Positions 35,857 to 44,612 of a stretch of DNA of 49,130 bases are shown in pieces. Each line of letters opens with the position of its first letter. The stretch's first letter is position 1. Source of the stretch: a virus. Taxonomy: Duplodnaviria; Caudoviricetes. Where the stretch lies: positions 1-49,130 of IMG/VR virus record IMGVR_UViG_3300032220_000083. The stretch is one strand, 5' to 3'. Position numbers and translations under genes: made by a program. The notes under the pieces were generated by a model, which worked only from the letters and a program-made list of their open reading frames with translations, did no database searches and was not told the DNA's origin.

Positions 35857-36375
35857 ATGGTTCCTATCGTTGCATCACTGCTTGGTACATTGGCTCAGAA
35901 TGGTCTGGGCCTTTTGTCTTCTGCGATCCAAGCGAAGGGCAAAGAAGTCGTCGAGAATGCCCTTGGCGTAAAGATTTCCGACAACCCCTCTGACGCTGAA
36001 GTGTCCAAGTTGCGCCAACTGCAATACGACCACGAAGAGCGTCTGCTGGAGTTGGGTATTGAGAAGGCCCGTATTGAGCAAGAAGAGTTGGCCGCACTGC
36101 TCAAGGCGCAGGCAAACCAAGAAGACAATGTGTCCAAGCGTTGGCAGGCTGATATGTCTTCGGACTCTTGGATGTCGAAGAATATCCGCCCCGGCACCCT
36201 TGTCTACATCCTGACCGCTTACTTGCTCTTTGCGGGTCTCAGCGCCGCAGGCATTGAGGTCAATGAGGCGTATGTCAACCTGTTAGGCCAATGGGGTATG
36301 TTGGTGATGACCGCGTACTTTGGTGGCCGCACTGTCGAGAAGGTCATGGAAATGCGCAAAAAGGACAAAGAATGA
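35857..36375 (+). CDS. Holin (3TM/GTA-holin-like)
   Basis: RW.ADM.SDSW.SKNIRP, two TM helices, AYFGGR..EK; adjacent to the endolysin. Confidence 0.7.
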   Translation: MVPIVASLLGTLAQNGLGLLSSAIQAKGKEVVENALGVKISDNPSDAEVSKLRQLQYDHEERLLELGIEKARIEQEELAALLKAQANQEDNVSKRWQADMSSDSWMSKNIRPGTLVYILTAYLLFAGLSAAGIEVNEAYVNLLGQWGMLVMTAYFGGRTVEKVMEMRKKDKE

Positions 36376-36713
36376 GCCTGAGTGACGAACAAGCCGCATT
36401 CCTACTGGATGCCTGCAAACTGATCGTATACGCCACTGGCCTTGGTTTTAAGGTCACTGGTGGGGAGTTGGCCCGCACACCTGAACAGCAAGCCCTCCAT
36501 GTCAAGGCTGGCCGCTCCAAGACCATGAATTCAATTCACCTGAAAAGGTGCGCCATCGACTTGAACTTTTTCAAGGATGGGCAGATAATCTGGAACAAAG
36601 AAACCCTTGCTCCGCTGGGCGCGTATTGGGAGAATATGCACCCCAAAAATCGTTGGGGTGGAAACTTCAAATCGCTGGTAGATTGCCCGCATTTTGAGCG
36701 CAATGTCGGATAA
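36372..36713 (+). CDS. Endolysin, M15-family zinc peptidase
   Basis: RT..QQ, S.H....A.D (SIHLKRCAID), WGGNF..D.PHFE. Confidence 0.85.
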   Translation: MSLSDEQAAFLLDACKLIVYATGLGFKVTGGELARTPEQQALHVKAGRSKTMNSIHLKRCAIDLNFFKDGQIIWNKETLAPLGAYWENMHPKNRWGGNFKSLVDCPHFERNVG

Positions 36714-36727
36714 AAAGGAATAAGGCA

Positions 36728-37363
36728 ATGACCACAACCGTTGTGATGACCTATGACAGTTTGGTGGCCGACATCCAGTCTTATCTGGAGCGTAACGACA
36801 CACAGACACTTGATAAGATTCCGACCTTCATTATGTTGGCGGAACAGGTTATTGCCAGCCAGATTAAGTTCTTGGGCAACCTGACTGTGAATACCTCGAC
36901 AATGGTTCTGGGTGATCCAGTGATTTCAAAGCCAGCCCGCTGGCACAAAACGGTCTCCATGAACATCACCATCGCTGGTGAGCGCCAGCCAGTATTGCTC
37001 CGCACCTACGAGTATTGCCGAGAGTATTGGCCTAGCACCACAGCAACTGATGTCCCCAAGTATTACGCTGACTACGACTACACGCACTGGCTGGTTTCTC
37101 CCACGCCTAATGCGGCGTATAACTACGAAATTTTGTACTACGAGCGCAACCAGCCTTTGGACTCTACAAACCAAACCAACTGGTTCACCGTGTACGCCCC
37201 GCAAGCCCTTTTGTACGGTTCTTTGTTGCAGGCTATGCCGTTCCTCAAGAACGACGAGCGCACCCCTATGTGGCAACAGCAATATGATTTGATCATTGCA
37301 ACGCTGAAGACAGAGAACATTCAGCGTATTGGAGACCGTCAAGCCGCAGTATTGGATACCTGA
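36728..37363 (+). CDS. Tail adaptor (tail tubular protein A / P22 gp4-like)
   Basis: Y..L...I..YL.R; IP.FI.LAE; PKYY; PTP; TNW....P..LLYGSL..A.PFLK.DER. Confidence 0.7.
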   Translation: MTTTVVMTYDSLVADIQSYLERNDTQTLDKIPTFIMLAEQVIASQIKFLGNLTVNTSTMVLGDPVISKPARWHKTVSMNITIAGERQPVLLRTYEYCREYWPSTTATDVPKYYADYDYTHWLVSPTPNAAYNYEILYYERNQPLDSTNQTNWFTVYAPQALLYGSLLQAMPFLKNDERTPMWQQQYDLIIATLKTENIQRIGDRQAAVLDT

Positions 37364-37365
37364 CC

Positions 37366-38607
37366 ATGAGTTTTATCTCACCATTTACTGGGGATGTAAT
37401 CCAGCCAACGGATGTCTCGTATCGAGCCGTCACGCTTACCGCCAATACGCAACTGAACTGGCCTTCAAACAGCCAGACAAACTCAGACTTTGCGGCACGC
37501 ATTATGAATGTTCAGGCCACATCTGCTGGCCTTAATCTTTATATGCCACCTGCAAATCAGACCTCTGTGGGTACTGATGCGCTGATACGAAATGTTGGCG
37601 CAGTGGCGTTTACTGTCAAGACCTTTGGCGGCAACGGCACGATTGTCTCGATCCCTGCGGGTCAAGCCCAGTACATCTACATCACTGACAACCCTGATGT
37701 GTATGGCACATGGGGCGTGATTGCTTTTGGTATTGGCTCCTCAAGTTCTGATGCCAACGCCTTGGCTGGCTTGGGATTGATTGCAATCTCCACGACGCTG
37801 AACCAAAGCCATCCATCGCAAAGCATCACAAACGGCTACACCTACCTTGCTGGCGACCGCGCCCAAACCAAGGTGTGGTCTAGTGGCTCTGGCACATCTA
37901 CCTTGCCTTTGGCTACTTCGCTTGGCAATAACTGGTTTACGCTATTTAAGAACAACGGCTCTGGCACGATGACGATTTCCACCACTGGTGGCGATTTGCT
38001 TGATGGCCTAGTCTCAAAAACATTCCAGCCTAACGAATCGGCCTTCTTGGTTTGTACTGGCACAGAGTATGTGACCATTGGCTATGGCGTGAACTCCTCG
38101 TTTGCGTTTACTGCTTTGGTCAAGCCTGTGACTGGCGGAACCTACACTTTGACGACCAACGAGGCGCAGAACACCATTCAGGAGTATGTGGGCAATCTGG
38201 TGGCAAATGTGATTGCCGTCTACCCGCAGGTGGTGACGCTGTATGTGATCTCCAACCAGACGGTGGACAACGGCTTCACGCTGACGGTGAAGACAAGCGC
38301 GGCTGGTGGCAACACGGTGGTGATCCCCCCGGGGCAACAGGCCACGCTCGTCTGCGATGGAACCAACTTCTTCAACGCCAACACCGTGCAGGCAGGTGCA
38401 ACCTCTCTGAACTTGGTGAACGGCACGGTGACCACGCCTGCGATTAACTTTGCGGCAGAAACAAACACTGGTATCTGGCGCAACGGCGCTGGTGAGTTTG
38501 ATATTGCCGTTTTGGGTGTGAACCGATTTGCACTGACGGCCACGGGCCTCAACATTGCAGGTGTCGGCAACTTCACTGGCGGCGTCAAAGGGGGCACATT
38601 CCCATGA
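37366..38607 (+). CDS. Tail structural protein
   Basis: Three internal beta-rich repeats (N..A..TV...V.IP.GQ...L.CDG); between adaptor and nozzle. Confidence 0.6.
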   Translation: MSFISPFTGDVIQPTDVSYRAVTLTANTQLNWPSNSQTNSDFAARIMNVQATSAGLNLYMPPANQTSVGTDALIRNVGAVAFTVKTFGGNGTIVSIPAGQAQYIYITDNPDVYGTWGVIAFGIGSSSSDANALAGLGLIAISTTLNQSHPSQSITNGYTYLAGDRAQTKVWSSGSGTSTLPLATSLGNNWFTLFKNNGSGTMTISTTGGDLLDGLVSKTFQPNESAFLVCTGTEYVTIGYGVNSSFAFTALVKPVTGGTYTLTTNEAQNTIQEYVGNLVANVIAVYPQVVTLYVISNQTVDNGFTLTVKTSAAGGNTVVIPPGQQATLVCDGTNFFNANTVQAGATSLNLVNGTVTTPAINFAAETNTGIWRNGAGEFDIAVLGVNRFALTATGLNIAGVGNFTGGVKGGTFP

Positions 38608-40595
38608 CCAAAAAAGTTTTTGCCCTTGATAGCCAACCCGGCATCCAGCGCGACGGCACCCAGTTTGACAAAACCTTCTACAGCGATGGCCGCTGGGTTC
38701 GCTTCCAGCGTGGACGCCCTCGCAAGATTGCAGGCTACAAAGAGATTGTGGACGACTTGGCTGGCCCATCTCGCGGCATCTATGTGTTGCCTGAGAACGC
38801 CTACACCTACATCTACAACGGCTACTCCGATGGTGTGCAGGTGCTACCTATCAACAATGTGGGTATCGGTACTGGCATCACTGACTTCACGCTGACAAAC
38901 TTCACGCCAAACCAATACAACTTGTGGCAGTTTGATTCGCTGTTTGACTCCCAAGGTAGTGGCAATGAGTTGTTGATTGGGCACCCGGGGCAGAACCTGC
39001 TCTACATCGACAGCAATGTAAACACCCCTGTTTTAGGTGGCGATACGCTTGGCACCACCATGTCTTCGATTGGTGTGTTCACGGCCACAGCAACCACAAT
39101 TAACACCAACACAACCATCACCCTGTCTGCCGCCAATGCTTTGGTTGGCGCAGGTCAAACCGTGACTGGGGCTGGCATTCCTCCCAATACAACCGTGGTG
39201 TCTGTCAGCACAACTAGCGTGGTGATTTCAAATCCTGCGACTGCCAGCGCAACCGTGACCGTGACCTTTGACAACAATGTGTCTGTCTCTGGTGGCGCTG
39301 TGGTGTTGCACCCTTATGTGTTTGTGTATGGCAACAATGGCCTGATCAGAAACTGCGCCGCAGGAGACCCTGCTAATTGGGTGTCTGCTGATTCAAACGA
39401 GACCAATGTGGCCTCCACAAAGGTCGTCAAGGGTTTGCCTGTTCGAGGCGGCTCGAACGCTCCTTCTGGATTGTTCTGGTCTTTGGATTCTTTGATCCGC
39501 GTTTCGTATACGCCAACCACCGTGACGGTTGCGGGTTCGCCCCAAACCTTCTACTGGCGGTATGACTTGATTTCAAGCCAGTCTTCTATCCTGTCAAGCC
39601 AGTCTGTGATTGAGTATGACGGTATCTACTACTGGTGCGGTGTTGACCGCTTCTTGCTGTACAACGGTGTGGTCAAAGAAATTCCAAACACATTCAACCA
39701 AAACTACTTTTTTGACAACCTGAACTACGACCAGCGTCAAAAAGTGTACGCCACCAAGGTTCCTCGCTTTGGCGAAATCTGGTGGTTTTACCCAAGCGGT
39801 TCCTCAACTGAATGCAACGACTGCATCATCTACAACATCCGCGAGAACTGCTGGTATGACTCTGGCACAGCCTTGGGCGCACGCCGCTCTGCTGGATACT
39901 TCTCGCAGGTGTTCCACTACCCAATCAATGCTGGCTGGGAAATCAATGTGGCTGGTGGCGTGAATGCCTATTCTTATGTTGGCGGTACGCTGTACACCAA
40001 TGGCACATATTTGGCCCAGCCCCTGACGGGCGGGGCGGGAACTGGCGCAACTGCTGACCTTGTGGTGGCTGGCGGTATTGTGACCAGCGTAACCATTGTG
40101 AACCGTGGCTCTGGGTATGTGGTTGGCAACACATTGTCTGCGGCATTGCCTGTTGGCTCTGGTTTTTTGTTGACCGTTAACACCCTGATGAACTTCACCA
40201 GTTTGTGGCAACACGAGATTGGTGTTGACGCTGTACAGGGGCTGGCCTCCTTGGCGATTGAGTCTTACTTTGAGACCAACGACCTTGGCTGGGTGTCTGG
40301 TGGCCCGTCGCAAAACTCCCCAGTGGGCGACAACCGCTGGCTCAGACTTGAGCGTATTGAGCCTGATTTTATTCAGTCTGGACAGATGAGTGTGGTGGTG
40401 ACGGGTAAGCCTTTTGCCCAAGGAACAGACCAAGAGAGCGCGGCATTCACATTCAACCCAGACACAAGCAAGATTGACATGAGAGAGCAACGCAGGGAGT
40501 TGCGCTTGCGCTTTACCTCAAATACAGCAGGTGGCGATTACCAGACTGGCAAGGTGATCTTGAATGCGGATGTTGGTGATGTGAGGCCGTACTAA
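38604..40595 (+). CDS. Tail nozzle (tail tubular protein B / P22 gp10-like beta-propeller)
   Basis: PGI.RDGT, VRF.RG.P.K..G, F.LY.G.V, F.EIWWFYPS..S.E, IYN..E..W, RIEPDF. Confidence 0.75.
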   Translation: MTKKVFALDSQPGIQRDGTQFDKTFYSDGRWVRFQRGRPRKIAGYKEIVDDLAGPSRGIYVLPENAYTYIYNGYSDGVQVLPINNVGIGTGITDFTLTNFTPNQYNLWQFDSLFDSQGSGNELLIGHPGQNLLYIDSNVNTPVLGGDTLGTTMSSIGVFTATATTINTNTTITLSAANALVGAGQTVTGAGIPPNTTVVSVSTTSVVISNPATASATVTVTFDNNVSVSGGAVVLHPYVFVYGNNGLIRNCAAGDPANWVSADSNETNVASTKVVKGLPVRGGSNAPSGLFWSLDSLIRVSYTPTTVTVAGSPQTFYWRYDLISSQSSILSSQSVIEYDGIYYWCGVDRFLLYNGVVKEIPNTFNQNYFFDNLNYDQRQKVYATKVPRFGEIWWFYPSGSSTECNDCIIYNIRENCWYDSGTALGARRSAGYFSQVFHYPINAGWEINVAGGVNAYSYVGGTLYTNGTYLAQPLTGGAGTGATADLVVAGGIVTSVTIVNRGSGYVVGNTLSAALPVGSGFLLTVNTLMNFTSLWQHEIGVDAVQGLASLAIESYFETNDLGWVSGGPSQNSPVGDNRWLRLERIEPDFIQSGQMSVVVTGKPFAQGTDQESAAFTFNPDTSKIDMREQRRELRLRFTSNTAGGDYQTGKVILNADVGDVRPY

Positions 40596-40855
40596 TGGCA
40601 CTTGCTGTCATCTACGATCCTCGCTTTCACACATTCCAGTCATGGGCGTGTTTGATGTGCGAGGCGTATGCTGGACAGCAGTTGGCTATACCAAACGAGC
40701 GAACAGATTGGAAGGAATGGGCCTCTGGTTTAAAGGCAATAGATGTGTTCACAAACGAGGGCATCCCGGGGCCGTACATTTATGATGACTGGAAAGACTG
40801 GGCGCAAGCCCTGATCGGAGCAGTCAACCAACCAACAGAAGGCCCAGACCAATGA
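40595..40855 (+). CDS. Small Trp-rich tail-module protein
   Basis: Repeated W..WA helices (DWKEWA, DWKDWA); coupled to nozzle and ACP genes. Confidence 0.6.
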   Translation: MALAVIYDPRFHTFQSWACLMCEAYAGQQLAIPNERTDWKEWASGLKAIDVFTNEGIPGPYIYDDWKDWAQALIGAVNQPTEGPDQ

Positions 40856-41136
40856 TAGAGTTCATCGAAATTTTCAACCATGTAGCCAAGGTCGCCCGAC
40901 CCGCTCACGCCAAAGTCGCCATTGCAGATTCAATGGCAGACGCCTTCCAAGACATCGGCTTGGACAGTCTTGATGGTTTGGTGATGTTGATGTACTTCGA
41001 TGATCTTTATGGAATTGAGGACGCAGTCAGCAAGGAGTGGGCACCCACCTCTGTGCAGGAGTTGCACGACCTTGTGATGGCGAACAAAACCAAAGAGCCT
41101 GCCTCGATGGAAGAAGTGGTCGAGGTGTGCAAATGA
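40852..41136 (+). CDS. Acyl carrier protein
   Basis: 94 aa, acidic; DIGLDSLD phosphopantetheinylation motif (Ser39); Y/F-GI and T.V.EL..L helix pattern. Confidence 0.88.
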   Translation: MIEFIEIFNHVAKVARPAHAKVAIADSMADAFQDIGLDSLDGLVMLMYFDDLYGIEDAVSKEWAPTSVQELHDLVMANKTKEPASMEEVVEVCK

Positions 41137-42242
41137 TCTACCTCACACACTACCGCACCGCCTCCACGACCAATGTCGAGTTGTTCGACGACATCATCTA
41201 CCCCCAGAAAGTCAACTGGTTCCCTGAGACCTACAACCGAGTCAAGTCTGGCTTGGTCTATGTCCCCCACAAATTGGCCGAGAAGGTGCTTGACCCTGAG
41301 TTGCTGACCTACCTGCGTGAGAACCCAGTTGGCAAGACAGCCTTCATCTTGGCCGCAGGCAATGCGCACTTTGCTGGCATCGGCCAGCGTCCCTACGACT
41401 CTCGCCTGACCTACACCTACAAATTCCTGCCATTCACCCTGACGCAGGTCTACGCTGGCAGGATTGCCCAGTCCTGCGGCGACATGGATATGGTGACCAC
41501 CGACTCTTCGGCCTGCGCCTCCAGCCTCAAAGTAATGATGGATGTGGTCAACCTGATCGACTTCTACGACTATGACCGCGTCATTGTGCTGACGGTGGAG
41601 GATGGTGTCTCCAACGCCGTGCTGGAGTTCTTTGGCGACTCCAAGGCCGTACTGACCCAAAAGCAAGAGGACACAGGCATAAAGCCATCCGCTTTTGACT
41701 CGGTAAACGCTGGGTTTAGGGTTGGTCAGGGAGCCGCGTTTGCGGTGTTTGAGTCTGAGAGCGCCGTTTCCCGCCAGAGAATTACCCCGCACGCCCTGTT
41801 AATAGGTGCCTACAACGCGTCAGAACGCTCTACAAACGCCATTGGGCAGTGTGAGGATGGTGAGGGCTTCAAAAAGGTTATTGAGGGCGTATTGCACTAT
41901 TCCCATACAAGGGCAGATGAGATTAAAATTGTCAAAACCCACGGAACTGGAACAGCGTCCAACAACAAGGCCGAAAAGAGCGCCTTGAACCAAACGCTAC
42001 AAGGCTTCATTGCGACCTCGTATAAGCAAAAGATTGGTCATACGATGGGTAGCAGTGGACTCCTTGAAACTTTATTGTTGTTGGGCGACATCAAGTCGGG
42101 ATTTGTGCCAGCGATTGAGAACCGAACTGAAACCGATTCGGTATTCCTTTCGGAATCGACAAGTCCCCCTGATGGTTTGATAATGAGTCTGGCGGCTGGG
42201 ATGGGCAACATCTATTCCGCCGCAATATTTAAGGGGTTGTGA
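41133..42242 (+). CDS. Beta-ketoacyl-ACP synthase (FabB/FabF-type KS, divergent N-terminus)
   Basis: SACASS (Cys128), AFD....GF.VGQGAA, KTHGTGT..N (His270), K..IGHTMG..G (His303), C-terminal GMG; ATGA-coupled to the ACP. Confidence 0.92.
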   Translation: MIYLTHYRTASTTNVELFDDIIYPQKVNWFPETYNRVKSGLVYVPHKLAEKVLDPELLTYLRENPVGKTAFILAAGNAHFAGIGQRPYDSRLTYTYKFLPFTLTQVYAGRIAQSCGDMDMVTTDSSACASSLKVMMDVVNLIDFYDYDRVIVLTVEDGVSNAVLEFFGDSKAVLTQKQEDTGIKPSAFDSVNAGFRVGQGAAFAVFESESAVSRQRITPHALLIGAYNASERSTNAIGQCEDGEGFKKVIEGVLHYSHTRADEIKIVKTHGTGTASNNKAEKSALNQTLQGFIATSYKQKIGHTMGSSGLLETLLLLGDIKSGFVPAIENRTETDSVFLSESTSPPDGLIMSLAAGMGNIYSAAIFKGL

Positions 42243-42685
42243 TGCTGACCGATAGCAAAAAGAAGGAACTTAGTGTTGAGGCAGTCTTGATGATTGCGGC
42301 ACAGCAGACGAAGTCTAAGTATTCTGCCGAACAAGTCTATGCATCTCTCGTAAAAGAGATGAACATGGAGGGCACAAGTGTCTATCGCCAAGGCAACACC
42401 ATTTTCCTTATGCACCACGCCAAGGGGCGCGTCGGAGTTTTCCGCGCCCTGAATGCTGACACTGCCAGAAACTATCTGGACAATTCTTACATATTCATTC
42501 AAGACGCATACAAGATGGGTTTTGACATTCTTGTGAGCGATTTTGAAGACCCGACGATTATGAATATTTTCAAGGGCATTTCAAGAAACCCTCCACAAGA
42601 GGGCATGGGCTATCGCGCTGAGAAAACCCAAAAAGGTTTTCGCGTGACGGTCAAGTTGGGGCCAGCGCGGCCTGATAAGGAATAA
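42242..42685 (+). CDS. Hypothetical protein, possible GNAT-fold acyltransferase
   Basis: About 147 aa; apparent alpha-alpha-beta-beta-beta-alpha-beta-alpha-beta pattern with AYKMGFDIL and MGY. Occupies the pre-ejection-gene slot where podophages often carry GNAT-fold genes. Fold is an inference. Confidence 0.45.
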   Translation: MLTDSKKKELSVEAVLMIAAQQTKSKYSAEQVYASLVKEMNMEGTSVYRQGNTIFLMHHAKGRVGVFRALNADTARNYLDNSYIFIQDAYKMGFDILVSDFEDPTIMNIFKGISRNPPQEGMGYRAEKTQKGFRVTVKLGPARPDKE

Positions 42686-42687
42686 AA

Positions 42688-44607
42688 ATGAGCGCAGTTG
42701 TTGAAGCAATTGGTGACGCAATTGGCGATGTATTTGAAGCCGTTGGCGATGTCGTAGAGGATGTTGTTGATGTCGTCGGTGATGTCGTTGAGTTTGTTGG
42801 CGACACCGTTCAGGCAGTCCTTGACGATCCTCTGCCAATGCTTTTGCAAATTGCTGGCGCGGCTGTTGGCATCCCGCCTTTTATCACCTCTGCTGTAGTT
42901 ACTACGGCGCGTGGTGGCGACCTTATGGATGCCGTCTTGTCGGCTGGAACTTCGTATCTTGCGCCTATGGTTGTTGGCCCAGTTGCGGGGACTCTTTCTG
43001 AGTCTTTTATTGAGGCAGGTGTAAATACTTCTGTTGCTGGTGTTGTTGCCAACTCTGTTGGATCAGGTCTAGTTGCTGGAACGGTTGCAGAGATAAAAGG
43101 CGGAGATTTTGTTGATGGATTTACTGGTGGCTTAACTGGTGGCCTTGTCAGCGGCGGCGTAACAGCACTGACCAACATTGTTTCTGACACAGTCTTAGCC
43201 ACTGCAACCGATGCCATCAATTCTGTTGGCACCACAAACAACACTGATTTTGTGGCTGGCTTTGACTCTAGCGTAACTTCTACAGACACCACAACAGTCG
43301 GTAACACTTTCACCTCTACTGTTTCCACTTTTGACTCTGTTGACACAAGTGGCACAACAATTACAACAGGCGCAACTGACACAAGTGGCACGACCACAAC
43401 TGGCACCACTGGGAACATAGATTTAAGTACAGACAACGGCGCTGGCATAACATCGAATATTGTTTCTGAAGTTACTGTTTCTGGTATAGGCGTTGACAAC
43501 ACTGGCGTTGACAGCACATTTACTGGCACCACTGACACCACTGGCACTGACACCACTGGAACGGTTGACACCACGGGCACTACAGATACCACTGGTACTG
43601 TTGATACTTCTGGCACAACAAATACTACTGACACCACTGGCGGAACAAATGTTGTTGACACAACCCTAAACAACACTGGCACAACAACTGGAACGACACT
43701 TACTGGCACAGGCGGCACAGACAGTGTTACTGATTCAGTCTTGAACAGCGGTAGCACAACAGATTCAACGGTTATAGGTGATTCTGGTGGTCTGGATAGT
43801 GTTGCTGACATTATTCAAAGCCTTACTACTGGTGCAGGCGACACAACATTAGACACAACACTTGACACGACATTAGACTCAACGCTTGACACGACGCTTG
43901 ACACAACAGGCGACACAGCACTTGACACAACTAGCGACACTACTTTAGGTGGACTGAGTACGCTCAACACCGAGTTGACTGGTGGATCAGATATTGTTTC
44001 CACAGACACTGGCGATGATGTCGTTGGTGGCTTGACCTCAGTATCAGGCGATGGTGGTGATAAAACGGTTGTCGTTAGAGATGATGATGTTGCAACCGTC
44101 GTTACAGATAAGACGGGCAACGATGTTGTTGTTCGTACTGGCGATGTTGTTGCCGATACGGGTGACACTTTGGATTCAACAGACACCGTTGGTGGATTGA
44201 CGCAAGTACAGTCTGGCAACAACAACCTGAATGTGGACTCTGCCGCAGACGCTACAACAACAGGCGGCTTAAACCAAGCCACTGGCGCAAAAGATGATGT
44301 GTTTGGAAAAATTGTAAAAGGTGCAGTGACCAAGGCGGTGACTGGTGCCCTTAAAAATCAAATCAAGGGTGGCATCAATAAAGCACTTGGCGTTAAGACT
44401 GCCAAGTCTCCATCAATTGGTAAAAAGTTGGTGGGTAATATTGCATCTCAATTTGGACAAAAAGTTGCGCCAAAAGCAATGGACATATCAAAATTGATTC
44501 GAGTTCCAAGCACAAAGAAAACGGCTCCGCTCAAAGCGAATGTGAGCAAGTTGACACCAGTCGCCAATATATCTGGGTTGTCAACTCTGATTAAAGGTAA
44601 AGGATAA
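42688..44607 (+). CDS. Putative ejection (internal virion) protein: amphipathic N-terminus, glycine-zipper helices, Thr/Asp-rich linker, basic C-terminus
   Basis: MSAVVEAIGDAIGDVFEAVGDVVEDVV..; GFTGGLTGGLVSGG; long TTDTTG tract. Confidence 0.6.
   Translation: MSAVVEAIGDAIGDVFEAVGDVVEDVVDVVGDVVEFVGDTVQAVLDDPLPMLLQIAGAAVGIPPFITSAVVTTARGGDLMDAVLSAGTSYLAPMVVGPVAGTLSESFIEAGVNTSVAGVVANSVGSGLVAGTVAEIKGGDFVDGFTGGLTGGLVSGGVTALTNIVSDTVLATATDAINSVGTTNNTDFVAGFDSSVTSTDTTTVGNTFTSTVSTFDSVDTSGTTITTGATDTSGTTTTGTTGNIDLSTDNGAGITSNIVSEVTVSGIGVDNTGVDSTFTGTTDTTGTDTTGTVDTTGTTDTTGTVDTSGTTNTTDTTGGTNVVDTTLNNTGTTTGTTLTGTGGTDSVTDSVLNSGSTTDSTVIGDSGGLDSVADIIQSLTTGAGDTTLDTTLDTTLDSTLDTTLDTTGDTALDTTSDTTLGGLSTLNTELTGGSDIVSTDTGDDVVGGLTSVSGDGGDKTVVVRDDDVATVVTDKTGNDVVVRTGDVVADTGDTLDSTDTVGGLTQVQSGNNNLNVDSAADATTTGGLNQATGAKDDVFGKIVKGAVTKAVTGALKNQIKGGINKALGVKTAKSPSIGKKLVGNIASQFGQKVAPKAMDISKLIRVPSTKKTAPLKANVSKLTPVANISGLSTLIKGKG
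43840..43947 (+). repeat. 12-bp tandem coding repeat (DTTL)n
   Basis: GACACAACATTA / GACACGACGCTT variants, about 8-9 units. Confidence 0.8.
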
Positions 44608-44612
44608 GCATC

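Noticed and set aside
40852-42242. ACP/KS as host chromosome contamination or a prophage boundary
   Set aside because: The genes overlap phage tail genes by start/stop coupling, appear to share the same restriction-site-avoiding codon pairs, and phage genes continue downstream.
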